64,000 bases of DNA. Origin: a virus. Made by a program: the position numbers and the translations under genes. Under the pieces are notes generated by a model. It saw nothing but the letters and a program-made list of their open reading frames with translations. It was not told the DNA's origin and ran no database searches. The stretch spans positions 20,484 to 84,483 of IMG/VR virus record IMGVR_UViG_3300025910_000007; one strand, given 5' to 3'. Below, in pieces: positions 47,276-57,526 of the stretch. Each line of letters opens with the position of its first letter. Position 1 is the first letter of the stretch.

Positions 47276-49461
47276 CGCTCACGCTGGAACTGGAGAATGG
47301 CATTGCGGTCGTACCGGACGATCCCGCTGAGTATCATCCGCTCATTTGCCAGGATCGTCTGTCTGAGTTCGTCCGAGAATTTTGGTCCGAGATACCCGGT
47401 GCTGGCAAATTGATATGGAACTGGCACATGGATGTGCTATGCGATGAGTTGCAGACCGTTGCTGAGCGGCTGATCGCCGGACTGCCCAAAGAACATGATA
47501 CCGTTTTCAACATCAGCCCCGGCACGTCCAAGTCGTCCATCTGTTCCATTTTGTTCCCTGCTTGGTTATGGACGCGGATGCCCCATGCCCGCATTTTGAC
47601 CGCCAGTCATACTTCGGATTTGGCGTTGGATCTGGCCGCCAAAAGCCGCGATGTTGTCCGCAGTGAAAAGTATCGGGCATGGTTTCCTGACATCGACATT
47701 CGCGAAGATACGGACAGCAAGGGGCATTATCGCAATTCGCATGGTGGGGAGCGGAAGGTCTGCACCGTATCTGGTGTGTCGCCGATGGGCTTTCATGCAC
47801 ATGCCATCATTGTGGATGATCCGATTGACCCGAAGAAGGTGTTGTCTGTTGCTGAACTGGAGACAGCGAAGAAGTTCGTGGACGAGGTAATTCCGTCCCG
47901 CAAAGTGGATAAGTTGGTGTCCGTGACATTCTTGGTTATGCAACGATTGGGATTGGGCGATCCTTCAGATGTGATGCTGAAGGGAGCAGCACGCGAGGGG
48001 GCGTCTCCCGTTCGTCAAGTTTGTTTGCCTGCTGAATTGGTGAAGGGCGATGATGGGGCGTTCGCCGATACGGGCGTGGAGCCAAAGGAACTGGCCCGCC
48101 GTTACATCGAAGGTCTGATGGACCCGATACGGTTGGGTCCGCAGGTATTGCGGGATTTTCATTCTCGCGGCGAGCTGTACTACAGCACGCAATTTCTTCA
48201 GCGTCCGTATGCCCGCAGTGGTGGAATGTTCCATGAAGACTGGTTTTCCAAGAGAATCAAGGCGGCTCCTTACAAATGCAGACGGGTTCGTTCTTGGGAT
48301 CGCGCTCAGACGGAAAGCGGCGGCTGTGCGACAGCTGGGACGTTGTTAGGTATGGACGAGGTCAAGGCGTTGTATGTTGAGGATGTCGTCAAGGGTCATT
48401 GGGCGCCCGATCAGCGCAACGCCATGATTTTGGCTACGGCATTGCGCGACCGCATTCGCTATGGCCCCAAGTATGAGCCCATCATACTGGTTGAGAATGA
48501 AGGGGGCAGTACGTCCGGGGATGCCAATTTGGCGCTGGCCCGCAAGTTGCATGGCTTTCGCGTTATTTTTGAGCATCCTACTGGCAAGAAGGAAATCCGC
48601 GCCGATCCGTGGGCTTCGCAGTTGGCTGCTGGTAACGTTTGGTTAGTAGACAACGGCGAAAGGGAAGGGCAGGGCAAGGCGACGTGGGACATCAATGATT
48701 ACATCGCAGAGCATTTGGCCTTTCCTGTCGGAGCCGCTTTGAAGGATCAGGTAGATTCTTCCAGTGCCGGCAGCACTTGGTTGGCTAATCAGATTCGCAA
48801 TGGCCCTGCCATGCGGACTCTCCCCTACCGCAATCGCAAGAAAAATGAGCTGGGCGTCATCGTCTGCACTGAGGATGAACTGGCGGTTACATTGATAGAG
48901 CAGCAGTGCATGTTGGTTCATGTCGTCGATCCTTCGCCCGCAGTCGAGGAGGTGATGTGCAATGAGGCTTCGGCGGCCGCATCCACAGGCGTGCGATTGT
49001 CAGGAGTGTCGGTTGAAGTGAATGGGGGGGTGGGGCAGTCCGCACTTGTTCGCAACCCCGCGGCGGCCTTGTTGGCCGAAGCTCCGCCCCCTCATGCTTT
49101 ACCGAATCTGTTGGGTCATGTAACGCTGACGTTCGCTGCCATTGATCCGGTCGATTATCAGGACCGTTGGGCTGAGCCCATCCCGCCGTGGAACTTGCCT
49201 GCGGATAAACTCATCATGTCGCGTGATGACGGCCGCAAGCTGTGGGGTTTTCTGTCCAAACGTCGCGATATCCCGCCGGAGGTTGTGGTGTTCTGCGATG
49301 ATGGGGACGGCCGCGCCCTTTCGTTGGCAGTGGCATTCTGTGAGATCATGCGATATCCTTTGGAAACGATCCATCGGCCGAATGAAGAAGCAAAGGTAAC
49401 GGCAGCGCCGATCAAGCACGTGGCGGATATGGCGAAAACTTGTAGGGCATTGGTGATGTAG
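47272..49461 (+). CDS. terL: terminase large subunit with a ~220-aa C-terminal extension
   Basis: WNWHMDVLC, NISPGTSKS, IIVDDP, VMQRL, QRP, RSWDRA, DQVDS. Confidence 0.92.
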   Translation: MTLTLELENGIAVVPDDPAEYHPLICQDRLSEFVREFWSEIPGAGKLIWNWHMDVLCDELQTVAERLIAGLPKEHDTVFNISPGTSKSSICSILFPAWLWTRMPHARILTASHTSDLALDLAAKSRDVVRSEKYRAWFPDIDIREDTDSKGHYRNSHGGERKVCTVSGVSPMGFHAHAIIVDDPIDPKKVLSVAELETAKKFVDEVIPSRKVDKLVSVTFLVMQRLGLGDPSDVMLKGAAREGASPVRQVCLPAELVKGDDGAFADTGVEPKELARRYIEGLMDPIRLGPQVLRDFHSRGELYYSTQFLQRPYARSGGMFHEDWFSKRIKAAPYKCRRVRSWDRAQTESGGCATAGTLLGMDEVKALYVEDVVKGHWAPDQRNAMILATALRDRIRYGPKYEPIILVENEGGSTSGDANLALARKLHGFRVIFEHPTGKKEIRADPWASQLAAGNVWLVDNGEREGQGKATWDINDYIAEHLAFPVGAALKDQVDSSSAGSTWLANQIRNGPAMRTLPYRNRKKNELGVIVCTEDELAVTLIEQQCMLVHVVDPSPAVEEVMCNEASAAASTGVRLSGVSVEVNGGVGQSALVRNPAAALLAEAPPPHALPNLLGHVTLTFAAIDPVDYQDRWAEPIPPWNLPADKLIMSRDDGRKLWGFLSKRRDIPPEVVVFCDDGDGRALSLAVAFCEIMRYPLETIHRPNEEAKVTAAPIKHVADMAKTCRALVM

Positions 49462-49469
49462 GAGCATCC

Positions 49470-49856
49470 ATGAACGTGACCGAAGTGGAAATTGTGTTGG
49501 CTGGGCAGCAGGACGATCCTCGCATACTGGGCTACTGTTCGGTGGTGTTCGGTGATGATTTCGTCCTGCACGAACTGAAGATCATCAGCGGTGACTACGG
49601 GCCGATTGTGTGCATGCCGTCGCGCAAGGTAACACGTCGTTGTTTCAAATGCGGCCGCAAGAACGCCGTACAGAACAATTACTGCGGCTACTGCGGTTGT
49701 ACTTTGGAGGTCAGCAACCGCCCGTCGCGTGACAACCATGCGGACATCTTCCACCCCATCAACAATAGCGCCCGTGAGAAGCTGTCTGCGGCGATACTGA
49801 ATGCGTACTGGCGGCAGCAGGATTTGCAGATGGATCATGTGGGGGCCGTTGAATGA
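49470..49856 (+). CDS. spoVG: SpoVG family protein with a zinc ribbon
   Basis: MNVTEV...FVLHELKII.G..G..V.MPSRK..CFKC..YCGYC..ADIFHPIN..AR. Confidence 0.85.
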   Translation: MNVTEVEIVLAGQQDDPRILGYCSVVFGDDFVLHELKIISGDYGPIVCMPSRKVTRRCFKCGRKNAVQNNYCGYCGCTLEVSNRPSRDNHADIFHPINNSAREKLSAAILNAYWRQQDLQMDHVGAVE

Positions 49857-50572
49857 CTGAACAGGAAGCCGAGAAGGAATTCCGCAGCAAGATTGTGAGC
49901 GTGCGCAAGGGCCGCCCGTTGTTCCCGCGGCAACGGTCGCAGGCGGAACGCAACGCATTGTTCAATGAGCATGTTCTACTAGCCTACAAATTTGCGGCCT
50001 GTTACTGGAAGCGGCCTGTTGGTAAGCGGGTAGGTTCGTATGAGGATTGCGTGCAGCATTGTCTGATGGGGCTGTTGCATGCGGCGGAATTGTTCGATGC
50101 GCGTCAGGGCTTTCGGTTTTCTACCTATGCCTACCGTGCGATGTATTCGCATTTGCAACGGGGTGCATCGGACGCACGGTTGATCGGCATTCCTGCACAG
50201 TACCTGAACGGCAGCAACAAGTGCGTCGATCACAAGGACGAGGTAGTGCGGGCCTATCATGTGCAGCAATTTCCGGTAGGGCTTTTCGATGATGGCGATG
50301 CCTGGGAGCCGCTGGCGCCAGTACGGCATTACATGGAACAGGATGAGCGTCAGGAAGTGTTGCGTGCCTTGCAACGATTGCGTCCGCGTCTGCGTTTGTT
50401 GCTGATGCTGCGGTTTGGCATCAGTCCTCTGCCGTGCATCTGGAAGGGCGAAGAGGTAGGGCTGATACTGGGGGTGTCGAAGCAGCGGGTCGATCAGCTA
50501 TGGAATCAGGCCGCACGAGAATTCATGAAGGCGTATCGTACTGAGAAAGATGTTAGCAGGGGACGGTCATGA
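49853..50572 (+). CDS. sigma-70 family RNA polymerase sigma factor
   Basis: EDCVQ...GLLHAAELFD...GFRFSTYA, region 4 EEVG..LGVSKQRVDQL. Confidence 0.85.
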   Translation: MTEQEAEKEFRSKIVSVRKGRPLFPRQRSQAERNALFNEHVLLAYKFAACYWKRPVGKRVGSYEDCVQHCLMGLLHAAELFDARQGFRFSTYAYRAMYSHLQRGASDARLIGIPAQYLNGSNKCVDHKDEVVRAYHVQQFPVGLFDDGDAWEPLAPVRHYMEQDERQEVLRALQRLRPRLRLLLMLRFGISPLPCIWKGEEVGLILGVSKQRVDQLWNQAAREFMKAYRTEKDVSRGRS

Positions 50573-51309
50573 AGGGCGGCTACAAAGACCTCTGCGTCAA
50601 ATGTCATATGCCGTGGGGGCAGGGTACATGCCGAGCCTGTGCGGCAGTGCGATACTATGCTGAGGATGTTTTTGGGAAGGAGTTCAACAATGTGGATGAC
50701 CGATTACATTCGGGAAATTCAGAAGCAACTGGTGAGCCGCTACGGTTTCCCGCCGAACAACGAGGGCCTGCCAACGGCTGTACCGGACGGCGACTACCCG
50801 ATGGAGATTGATGGGAAACTGGACCATGTACAGGTCATTGACGGCAAGATTCATTGCTGTCGATTCGTTGATGAGGAGAAGACCGATGGATGACAACGAT
50901 TGTGATTGGTGCAAGGAATGTGATTGTCCTGTCGGTCAGGGACGCTGTGATGGCTGTTGTGCAGTAGCCGTTGCATGCGAATACAGCGGTTTCCCCGACG
51001 AAGACATTGCCACATGCCCTCATTGTGGCAAGGAGTACGAGGATTTCAGCGATCTGGGCTGCGGCCATTGCGATGCCCGTCATCCTGATTTCGGAGCGAT
51101 GCCATGAATGAAACCATCACAGTAGAACGGGCGATGCTGATAGAACTGCGGGCACAGATTCTGGATGCGCAGGAAATCCGCTGTGGTGCTTTGGCATGTC
51201 CAGACAGCCGCTACAGCGTTGATCCTGCTCTGCGGGCACCTTGCAGCCGGCATGCGCGGGGACGGCGGCTGCTGATTGCTTTGGACGCTCTGTTGCAGGA
51301 GAACAAGAC

Positions 51310-51699
51310 ATGAGTTTGTTTGAGCATGGGGATTTTCACCTGCACAGCGGCGGGCGTTCGACATTCAAGATCGATTGCAACTGGTTGATGGATGAAGACT
51401 GGTGCGCAGTAGCAAGCCTGTTACGTTCGTTGCTGCCGAAGTATGGCGGGGTCGTTGGAATACCGACTGGCGGATTGCAATTAGCCAAGGAAATGCACAG
51501 GGGCGTTACCATTTCTGAACTGGCTGAAGGGAAAACGCTACCGACGCTGCTGGTCGATGATGTGCTGACAACCGGCGCCAGCATGGAAGAATGGCGGGCG
51601 AAAATCAAGGGGGATGTGATTGGGGCAGTAGTGTTCGCACGCGGCTCGTGCCCGGATTGGGTACTAGCCTTGTTCCAGATGAAGGAGAACAAACCATGA
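51310..51699 (+). CDS. orotate phosphoribosyltransferase-like PRTase
   Basis: GDFHLHSG.RS.FKIDC, PRPP-binding LLVDDVLTTGAS. Confidence 0.8.
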   Translation: MSLFEHGDFHLHSGGRSTFKIDCNWLMDEDWCAVASLLRSLLPKYGGVVGIPTGGLQLAKEMHRGVTISELAEGKTLPTLLVDDVLTTGASMEEWRAKIKGDVIGAVVFARGSCPDWVLALFQMKENKP

Positions 51700-52496
51700 G
51701 TCTGCACGACGCCATCCAGGCCATTGTTGAGGACATGGAAGAAGTTGCGGGCAGTCCGCCGCACAGCAACGAATCTCTGCAATTGCGATCCTACGCACGG
51801 ATGCTGCGGATTGCCCTCAAGGCTGCGACTGCGGGCAGTATGATGGGTGTCAATGCCCAGCCTGTCATCCTGCCAGCCTATCCTGATCCCATCACGCAGC
51901 ACGCCACCGAAATCGAAAAGGCCCGCGCCGAGTTTCGCAACAAGAAGAAGCCGAACGAAGACACCGACCGCATGGTGCTGCTGGTGGGGGGCAGCGGCGA
52001 TGGGGCGCTGTTGCCCTTCCCCGAAGCTGCGCCAGTGGGCGCCCGCACGGAAGTGAGTGGAGACGTATACGAGCTGTGGTCAGACGGCAGTTTGCACTAT
52101 GTGCGGCCGCAGCGGACAAAGGCTGAAGTGTTGCGGGCGCGGAATACTCGATCGGGGTGCTGCAATCGCTACGCGGACAACATGGCATGCGATTGTCTAG
52201 AGGGGGCGGTCTGATGAAGCCGCCCCGCAAAAGCGACCCCTACCTGATTTACGTCGCCGATATGTTACGTGATGAAGACCGGCTGGTTTCTTCCTGTCGG
52301 ACACGTGGGCGGGCTGAAGCGGTGGTACGGCGCATCAATCAGGAATTGGTCACTCGCTACGGTGATCCACGCATTGCTCCGTTGTACTATGTGCTGCGAC
52401 GTTCGGACGGTGGGGGCTGAATCCCGCTTTCCCTAGACGAAAACCCGTCCCATCCGTTAGGCTAGGTAATACGGAATCGGGGAACGGGGGTGCTAG

Positions 52497-52886
52497 ATGG
52501 ACTGGCTGCAATTTCTCGACAAGCAGGGGTGGCCAGCCGTCACGACCTTTCTTGTCGTGCTGGGGGTAATCTACACGACACGCGCCGTATGGCGTGATTT
52601 CGTTCTCCCTATCCGCGACCAACTCGTCCTTCGCGGTGTCAAATCTTTCGACAAGTTCGATTCTGAAGTGTGCCGGCTTCGAGATTTGCGTGATATGGTC
52701 GAAGGACTGCATGTTCAGGTGGAAAGGATCATCAACCAATGTACGCGACTGGAGGAACATTTAATGGGTCCGTACCGTCCCTCGTCGCGGACGGATCGCC
52801 CAGCGCCCCTGCGACCGAAAGAACACCAGCACCCGCCAGTAACGTCCGTGGAGCAAAAGCCTCCGTCCTCTACTACGCCGAAGTAG
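52497..52886 (+). CDS. membrane protein (holin-like candidate)
   Basis: N-terminal TM helix followed by a coiled coil. Confidence 0.45.
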   Translation: MDWLQFLDKQGWPAVTTFLVVLGVIYTTRAVWRDFVLPIRDQLVLRGVKSFDKFDSEVCRLRDLRDMVEGLHVQVERIINQCTRLEEHLMGPYRPSSRTDRPAPLRPKEHQHPPVTSVEQKPPSSTTPK

Positions 52887-53364
52887 TGGTATTGCTTGGG
52901 GGCATGTTGCTGCTGGGCTTCGTGATCTTGCCGAGGCTGGAGGCGGTTCTTGACAAGCAACGGGAGATCGACTGGAAGCGACACGAAGAAACCGTTCGAC
53001 AGGAAAGTACGGCGGCAACGCTCGAACAATCGCGTGATCGGGCGATCAAGCAGCAGGCCGAGATCATACGGTTGAACGCCGAGAACCTGCGACTGGCGCA
53101 GGAACTCAACAAGAAGCTCAAGGGGGAATGACGTGGCCTGCGAAGCTGAACAGAGTGCGGTCAACGCAGCTCAGGCATCGGTGGATCAACTGGCTGAGTC
53201 ATTGGTCGTGGCCAGTGCAGCGGTCACAGCAGCGGAAGCGACCGAGACGGCGGTACTGGCGGCATATGGTGCGGCCATCGTGGCACTGACGGCGGCACAA
53301 GCCGCATTGACGGCATGTCAGGGCGGCTAATCACCGAGAGATAGGTACAGTGGAGTGGCAACCA

Positions 53365-53640
53365 ATGTTGTTTGCCGAAATCTCGGATACGGTCTGGTTG
53401 GCCATCATCGGCATTGTGGCAATGGTGGTCAAAGATGTGCTCGATGCTTGGCGGGCACGTCGTGCGGCAGCAGCAGTGGTCAAGGCCGTGGTTGATAAGG
53501 CGGACGAGGCTGCTGTGCAGCGCGACGTAGATATGACGGCCATTCGGAATGATACGGTCAAGCAGACGCAGCATCTCGTTTCTGGGTTGGAGAAGGTGGC
53601 GGCTAGTGTGGAAGAGGTGCAGGCGACTGTGACAAAGTGA
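53365..53640 (+). CDS. membrane-anchored protein, paralog 1
   Basis: MLFAEISDTVWLAIIGIVAMVVKD. Confidence 0.6.
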   Translation: MLFAEISDTVWLAIIGIVAMVVKDVLDAWRARRAAAAVVKAVVDKADEAAVQRDVDMTAIRNDTVKQTQHLVSGLEKVAASVEEVQATVTK

Positions 53641-53669
53641 GGACCAGTTTGTATCGGCGGGGGCAACCA

Positions 53670-54206
53670 ATGTTGTTTGCCGAAATTTCAGACGCGGTCT
53701 GGTTGGCTGTCATCGTTCTTGCTGGAACCATTGTCAAGGAAATATTCGACCGTCAACGTGCCAATGATGCAGCGGCCAAGGTAGCTGCTGTAGCTGCAAC
53801 GGCCTCAGAAATTGCAACGGTAGCAGCCAGGAAGGCAGAAGAGGTCAAGACAGTTTTGCAGGCAACAACGGCATCTGTCGCTAGCAAGGTTCAGAAAGCG
53901 ACTGAAGCAGTTGAGGCTGTAAAGGATGCATTGGTAGAAACAACCGAAGCAGCAGTCACAAAAGCGGAAGAGGCTGCCGTTGTACGTGCTCAAACGTTGA
54001 GGGTTGTCAACATTGTTCACGGGCTGGTCAACAATGAAATGCATCTGGCGCTCTCGGCAGCAGCGACGTTGGCCCGGCGTGTGGCTAATATGACGGGCCA
54101 TGCTACCGACGCAGCGTTGGCAACAGAGGCGGAAACGAAGCTGCGGGAACACGACGCGAGACAGACAAGGGTGGATGCGCAGCAGACGAACGGAGGCCGG
54201 CCATGA
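53670..54206 (+). CDS. membrane-anchored Ala-rich coiled-coil protein, paralog 2
   Basis: MLFAEISDAVWLAVIVLAGTIVKE. Confidence 0.6.
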   Translation: MLFAEISDAVWLAVIVLAGTIVKEIFDRQRANDAAAKVAAVAATASEIATVAARKAEEVKTVLQATTASVASKVQKATEAVEAVKDALVETTEAAVTKAEEAAVVRAQTLRVVNIVHGLVNNEMHLALSAAATLARRVANMTGHATDAALATEAETKLREHDARQTRVDAQQTNGGRP

Positions 54207-54415
54207 TCGCCGATATCATCGTCCACACGAGCAGCGGCAGCAGCATTCTGGGCACGCTCAAGTGGCTGCTGATTATCGCTGGGCTCGTGGCCATCGTCCT
54301 GATCGCCGTCAAGGCGATGGGCTACATAATTCCTGAGTGGTTCATCAAAATCCTGTTCGTGGTCCTGATCGTCGTTGTGGCGGTTCTGGCCCTTGAATTT
54401 CTAGCGGGCCTCTGA
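54203..54415 (+). CDS. two-TM small membrane protein (holin-like)
   Basis: Two hydrophobic helices separated by MGYIIPEW. Confidence 0.6.
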   Translation: MIADIIVHTSSGSSILGTLKWLLIIAGLVAIVLIAVKAMGYIIPEWFIKILFVVLIVVVAVLALEFLAGL

Positions 54416-54576
54416 TGTTCCGACCCATCTGCAATTACCTGTCGGCTCTGTTCGACTGTCCGCCCCCGCGGCGGTCGTTTCGTCTCATTCCAGTCCTGAG
54501 TGCGGTGAAAGAACAGAACGGTCCTGTTTCGCCAACACCGCAATATCAGGGCTGGCCTACTACTGGAGAATTACTC

Positions 54577-54900
54577 ATGGCGTTTCAACTCATCGATTCG
54601 CAGTCTGTTTCCCTGTCCGTCAAGGTCGTGGACAAGAAGGGCAATGACGCCAAGGTGGATGGCGTCCCGGAATGGCTGGTCGACAATACCGAGGTATTGG
54701 CATTGACGCCGGCCGCGGACGGGCTGACCTGCGTCGCCGCGGCGGTTGGTCCGTTGGGTACGGCTACGGTCACGTTCAAGGCAGACGCTGATCTGGGCGT
54801 GGGCGTTACCCCGCTGCTGGGCACGTTGGAGGTGCAGGTTGTCGGCGGCCAGGCTGTTACGGTGACAGTGGTGCCGGGGACGCCCACGGAGCAGCCGTAA
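54577..54900 (+). CDS. Ig-like beta-sandwich protein
   Basis: V/T/G-rich, VDKKGN.A.VDG.P.W motif, SD GGAG. Confidence 0.6.
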   Translation: MAFQLIDSQSVSLSVKVVDKKGNDAKVDGVPEWLVDNTEVLALTPAADGLTCVAAAVGPLGTATVTFKADADLGVGVTPLLGTLEVQVVGGQAVTVTVVPGTPTEQP

Positions 54901-54973
54901 GCGTTCGTTCGTAAGGTGGGGAGGGGGTTCCACCCCATTTACCCCTCCCCACCGTTTCTATCTGGAGGGATTC

Positions 54974-55789
54974 ATGCGTAGATTTGGTGCAGTGGCCTTG
55001 CTGCTGATTCTGGCGGCAACAACGTATGCGGCTGATCCGCCGGTCGAACCGATCATTCTGCTTCCTATCGCACCTCCCGCACCGCAGCCTACCCCTGGAG
55101 TCGCCACGAAGTTGGGCAAGGGCATGCGCTACGTCATTGCATGCAAGGCGGCATGCGATGTGGTGGCGTTCCCTGATACTCTGCTTGTGATTGAAGAGAA
55201 GAAGGGGCCACGTGATTGGACCGCGATTTTCGCCGGTGGTACTGGTGATTACGAAGATCGCACCTTCACCTATCCATTCCTGTACGCACTGAAGGCGAAC
55301 GGCGTGGGGCAGTGTCAGGTCGTTATTATCCCGCGCGGCTACAAGGACAAGTCGGAATGGATGAAGGTTACGCTGGACGTGGACAGCGGCGTCGGACCGC
55401 AACCGCCACCCGGCCCTGGACCGAAGCCACCCGAACCGCCGCCGACGCCCGATCCGTTGACGCTGTCGTTTCAGGCTGCCTACGCTCTCGACACTGATCC
55501 GGCAAAGGCCGCGAAGATCGGGCCGCTGGCCGAACTGCTTGAGGCCATCATCGCAGCCGCAAAGGAATCGGGCAGTATCCAGACGCTCAGCCAACTTCAG
55601 GCGAAGATTCATGAAGCCGATGACCGAGTGGCCGGCAAGGGCGGGCTGCCGGTGCTGCGGAAGACGATGAGCAACTACGTCGCAGCCAGATTCCCCAAGG
55701 AAGATCAACCGATGACGGAAGCCCTGTGGATCACGGCCGCGACGACCTACGCCGAAATCGCAAGGGCTCTTGCAAAAGTGGTGAAGTAA
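54974..55789 (+). CDS. secreted protein with a Pro-rich linker
   Basis: Signal peptide MRRFGAVALLLILAATTYA, PQPPPGPGPKPPEPPPTPDP. Confidence 0.7.
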   Translation: MRRFGAVALLLILAATTYAADPPVEPIILLPIAPPAPQPTPGVATKLGKGMRYVIACKAACDVVAFPDTLLVIEEKKGPRDWTAIFAGGTGDYEDRTFTYPFLYALKANGVGQCQVVIIPRGYKDKSEWMKVTLDVDSGVGPQPPPGPGPKPPEPPPTPDPLTLSFQAAYALDTDPAKAAKIGPLAELLEAIIAAAKESGSIQTLSQLQAKIHEADDRVAGKGGLPVLRKTMSNYVAARFPKEDQPMTEALWITAATTYAEIARALAKVVK

Positions 55790-55802
55790 CGCAGCTTGTG
55801 CT

Positions 55803-56627
55803 ATGCGGGGAGTAAAGTACATGGGGCATGGTGTAGGATTTCAAGATTTGACTGGGGCCGTCTTCGGAAGACTGGAAGTCGTTCGGTTGTACAGCAAGGG
55901 TGGAGGCCATACTCGATGGTGGTGTCGGTGTCGGTGCGGACGTGAAAAAGCTGTGCTGGCTCATCATTTGAAGAGTCGGCGCAGCCCATCATGTGGCTGT
56001 GCGATCAGAAGGAATTGCTATCCAGTACAAGTTACACTTGGGCAGCATGGTAAAACCAATACCCCGGAACATAGAATTTGGTGCGGGATGCTGCAACGGT
56101 GTTTCGATCCATCTAGTAGCAGTTATCAGAGGTACGGTGGTCGCGGCATAACCGTATGCGATGGATGGCTGAATTTTGATGCGTTCTTGAAAGACATGGG
56201 GGTGTGTCCGTCTTCGTTGTATTCGCTGGATCGGTTTCCGAACATTGACGGAAACTATGAGCCTAGTAATTGTCGATGGGCTACAGCAAAGGAACAAAAC
56301 AGAAATCGTCGAGACAATCGCATTCTTACTCACAATGGGCAGTCGTTGACACTTGCTGAATGGTCAGAAGTAACAGGTCTTGAAAGATCAACCATTGCAA
56401 ACAGGATTAACAAGTTAGGATGGAGCGTTTCCAAGTCTCTGACAACGGGGCTCTTCGATTCCGTTCGTCGATTAACGCAGCAACAAATTGAAGAGTCGCG
56501 TCAAAGACATGTTGCTGGCGAATCTTACGAGACCATAGCACGATCCTTGGGAGTGGGGACAATGACTCTCTGGCAGAATATTAATGGGCGGTCCAGAGTC
56601 AGTAAGATGAAGGTGGTGAAGCCGTGA
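55803..56627 (+). CDS. HNH homing endonuclease
   Basis: DLTG..FGRL, WWCRCRCG, SCGC, YGGRGITVC..W, SLDR...DGNYEPSNCRWAT..EQ.RN; lower GC than flanks. Confidence 0.9.
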   Translation: MRGVKYMGHGVGFQDLTGAVFGRLEVVRLYSKGGGHTRWWCRCRCGREKAVLAHHLKSRRSPSCGCAIRRNCYPVQVTLGQHGKTNTPEHRIWCGMLQRCFDPSSSSYQRYGGRGITVCDGWLNFDAFLKDMGVCPSSLYSLDRFPNIDGNYEPSNCRWATAKEQNRNRRDNRILTHNGQSLTLAEWSEVTGLERSTIANRINKLGWSVSKSLTTGLFDSVRRLTQQQIEESRQRHVAGESYETIARSLGVGTMTLWQNINGRSRVSKMKVVKP

Positions 56628-57514
56628 GTGACATCATCACGCTTTGCGATGGCCAGCAGGTCCGTATGGGGCGCATTCGCCCTTACGCCCAGGCCGACAC
56701 GCCCCGCTTCAAGATGCTTGTCGCCAGTGATGGTACGCAACGTATCATCCCGAAGCTGGAAGCCTACGCCGACCTGACGATGGCCAGTCCGCCCGTTACA
56801 GTGGACCTGTCGGCAAAGGCAATGGCTACTGTCAAGCGGAAGTACGCGAACGATCAGTACGGCGATTGCGTGATCGCCGGCAAGGCACACCAAATTGGCA
56901 TCTGGACCGGCAATGACAGCGATCAGGCCGTCGAGGTCTCGGACAATCAGGTAGTGTCCTCCTACCACAGTATTTGCGGGCCGGGCGACAACGGTTGCAA
57001 CATCACCGCGGTTCTCGACGTGTTCAAGCAGAGTGGGTTGTGGGGGCACAAGATCGACGGTTACGTCGAGGTGAACCACACGAACAAACTGCTCGTGCAG
57101 ACGGCTATCTACCTGCTCGGCAGTCTGACGCTCGGCATCAATCTGCCGCATGGCTGGACCTGCACGAACTGCGTCTGGGGGCCTTCCAGCGGATCGGTGG
57201 GCGGGCACGATGTCTGCGTCGTCGGTTACGGTCCCGATCTGAAGGACGCCAACGGTAAGCCCTTCAATGAGGACGGCGTTGCAGTGGCTACCTGGGGCGG
57301 CATCGCTCTCATCCCGTGGCCGCAATTTCTCGTACGCAGCTGGGTCGAGGAATGCTACGCCGAGTTGTCGCCGGATTGGTACGGGAAGGACAACCTGGCA
57401 CCGAACGGCATCGACGCCGGTTCCCTGAAGAACGATCTGGACGTGCTGGGCGGTGGAACGCCCCCGCCGTTGCCCGACCCGATCCACTACCTGAATCCTG
57501 ACCTCTGGGTATGA
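56624..57514 (+). CDS. papain-like (C1) cysteine peptidase
   Basis: NDQYGDCVIAG (catalytic Cys), GGHDVCVVGY (His), ATWGG. Confidence 0.8.
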   Translation: MSDIITLCDGQQVRMGRIRPYAQADTPRFKMLVASDGTQRIIPKLEAYADLTMASPPVTVDLSAKAMATVKRKYANDQYGDCVIAGKAHQIGIWTGNDSDQAVEVSDNQVVSSYHSICGPGDNGCNITAVLDVFKQSGLWGHKIDGYVEVNHTNKLLVQTAIYLLGSLTLGINLPHGWTCTNCVWGPSSGSVGGHDVCVVGYGPDLKDANGKPFNEDGVAVATWGGIALIPWPQFLVRSWVEECYAELSPDWYGKDNLAPNGIDAGSLKNDLDVLGGGTPPPLPDPIHYLNPDLWV

Positions 57515-57526
57515 AAGGGGGCTCCG

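Noticed and set aside
55803-56627. Group I intron around the HNH gene
   Set aside because: The flanking genes appear complete and the HNH ORF is directly coupled to the next gene, leaving no room for intron core structure; treated as free-standing.
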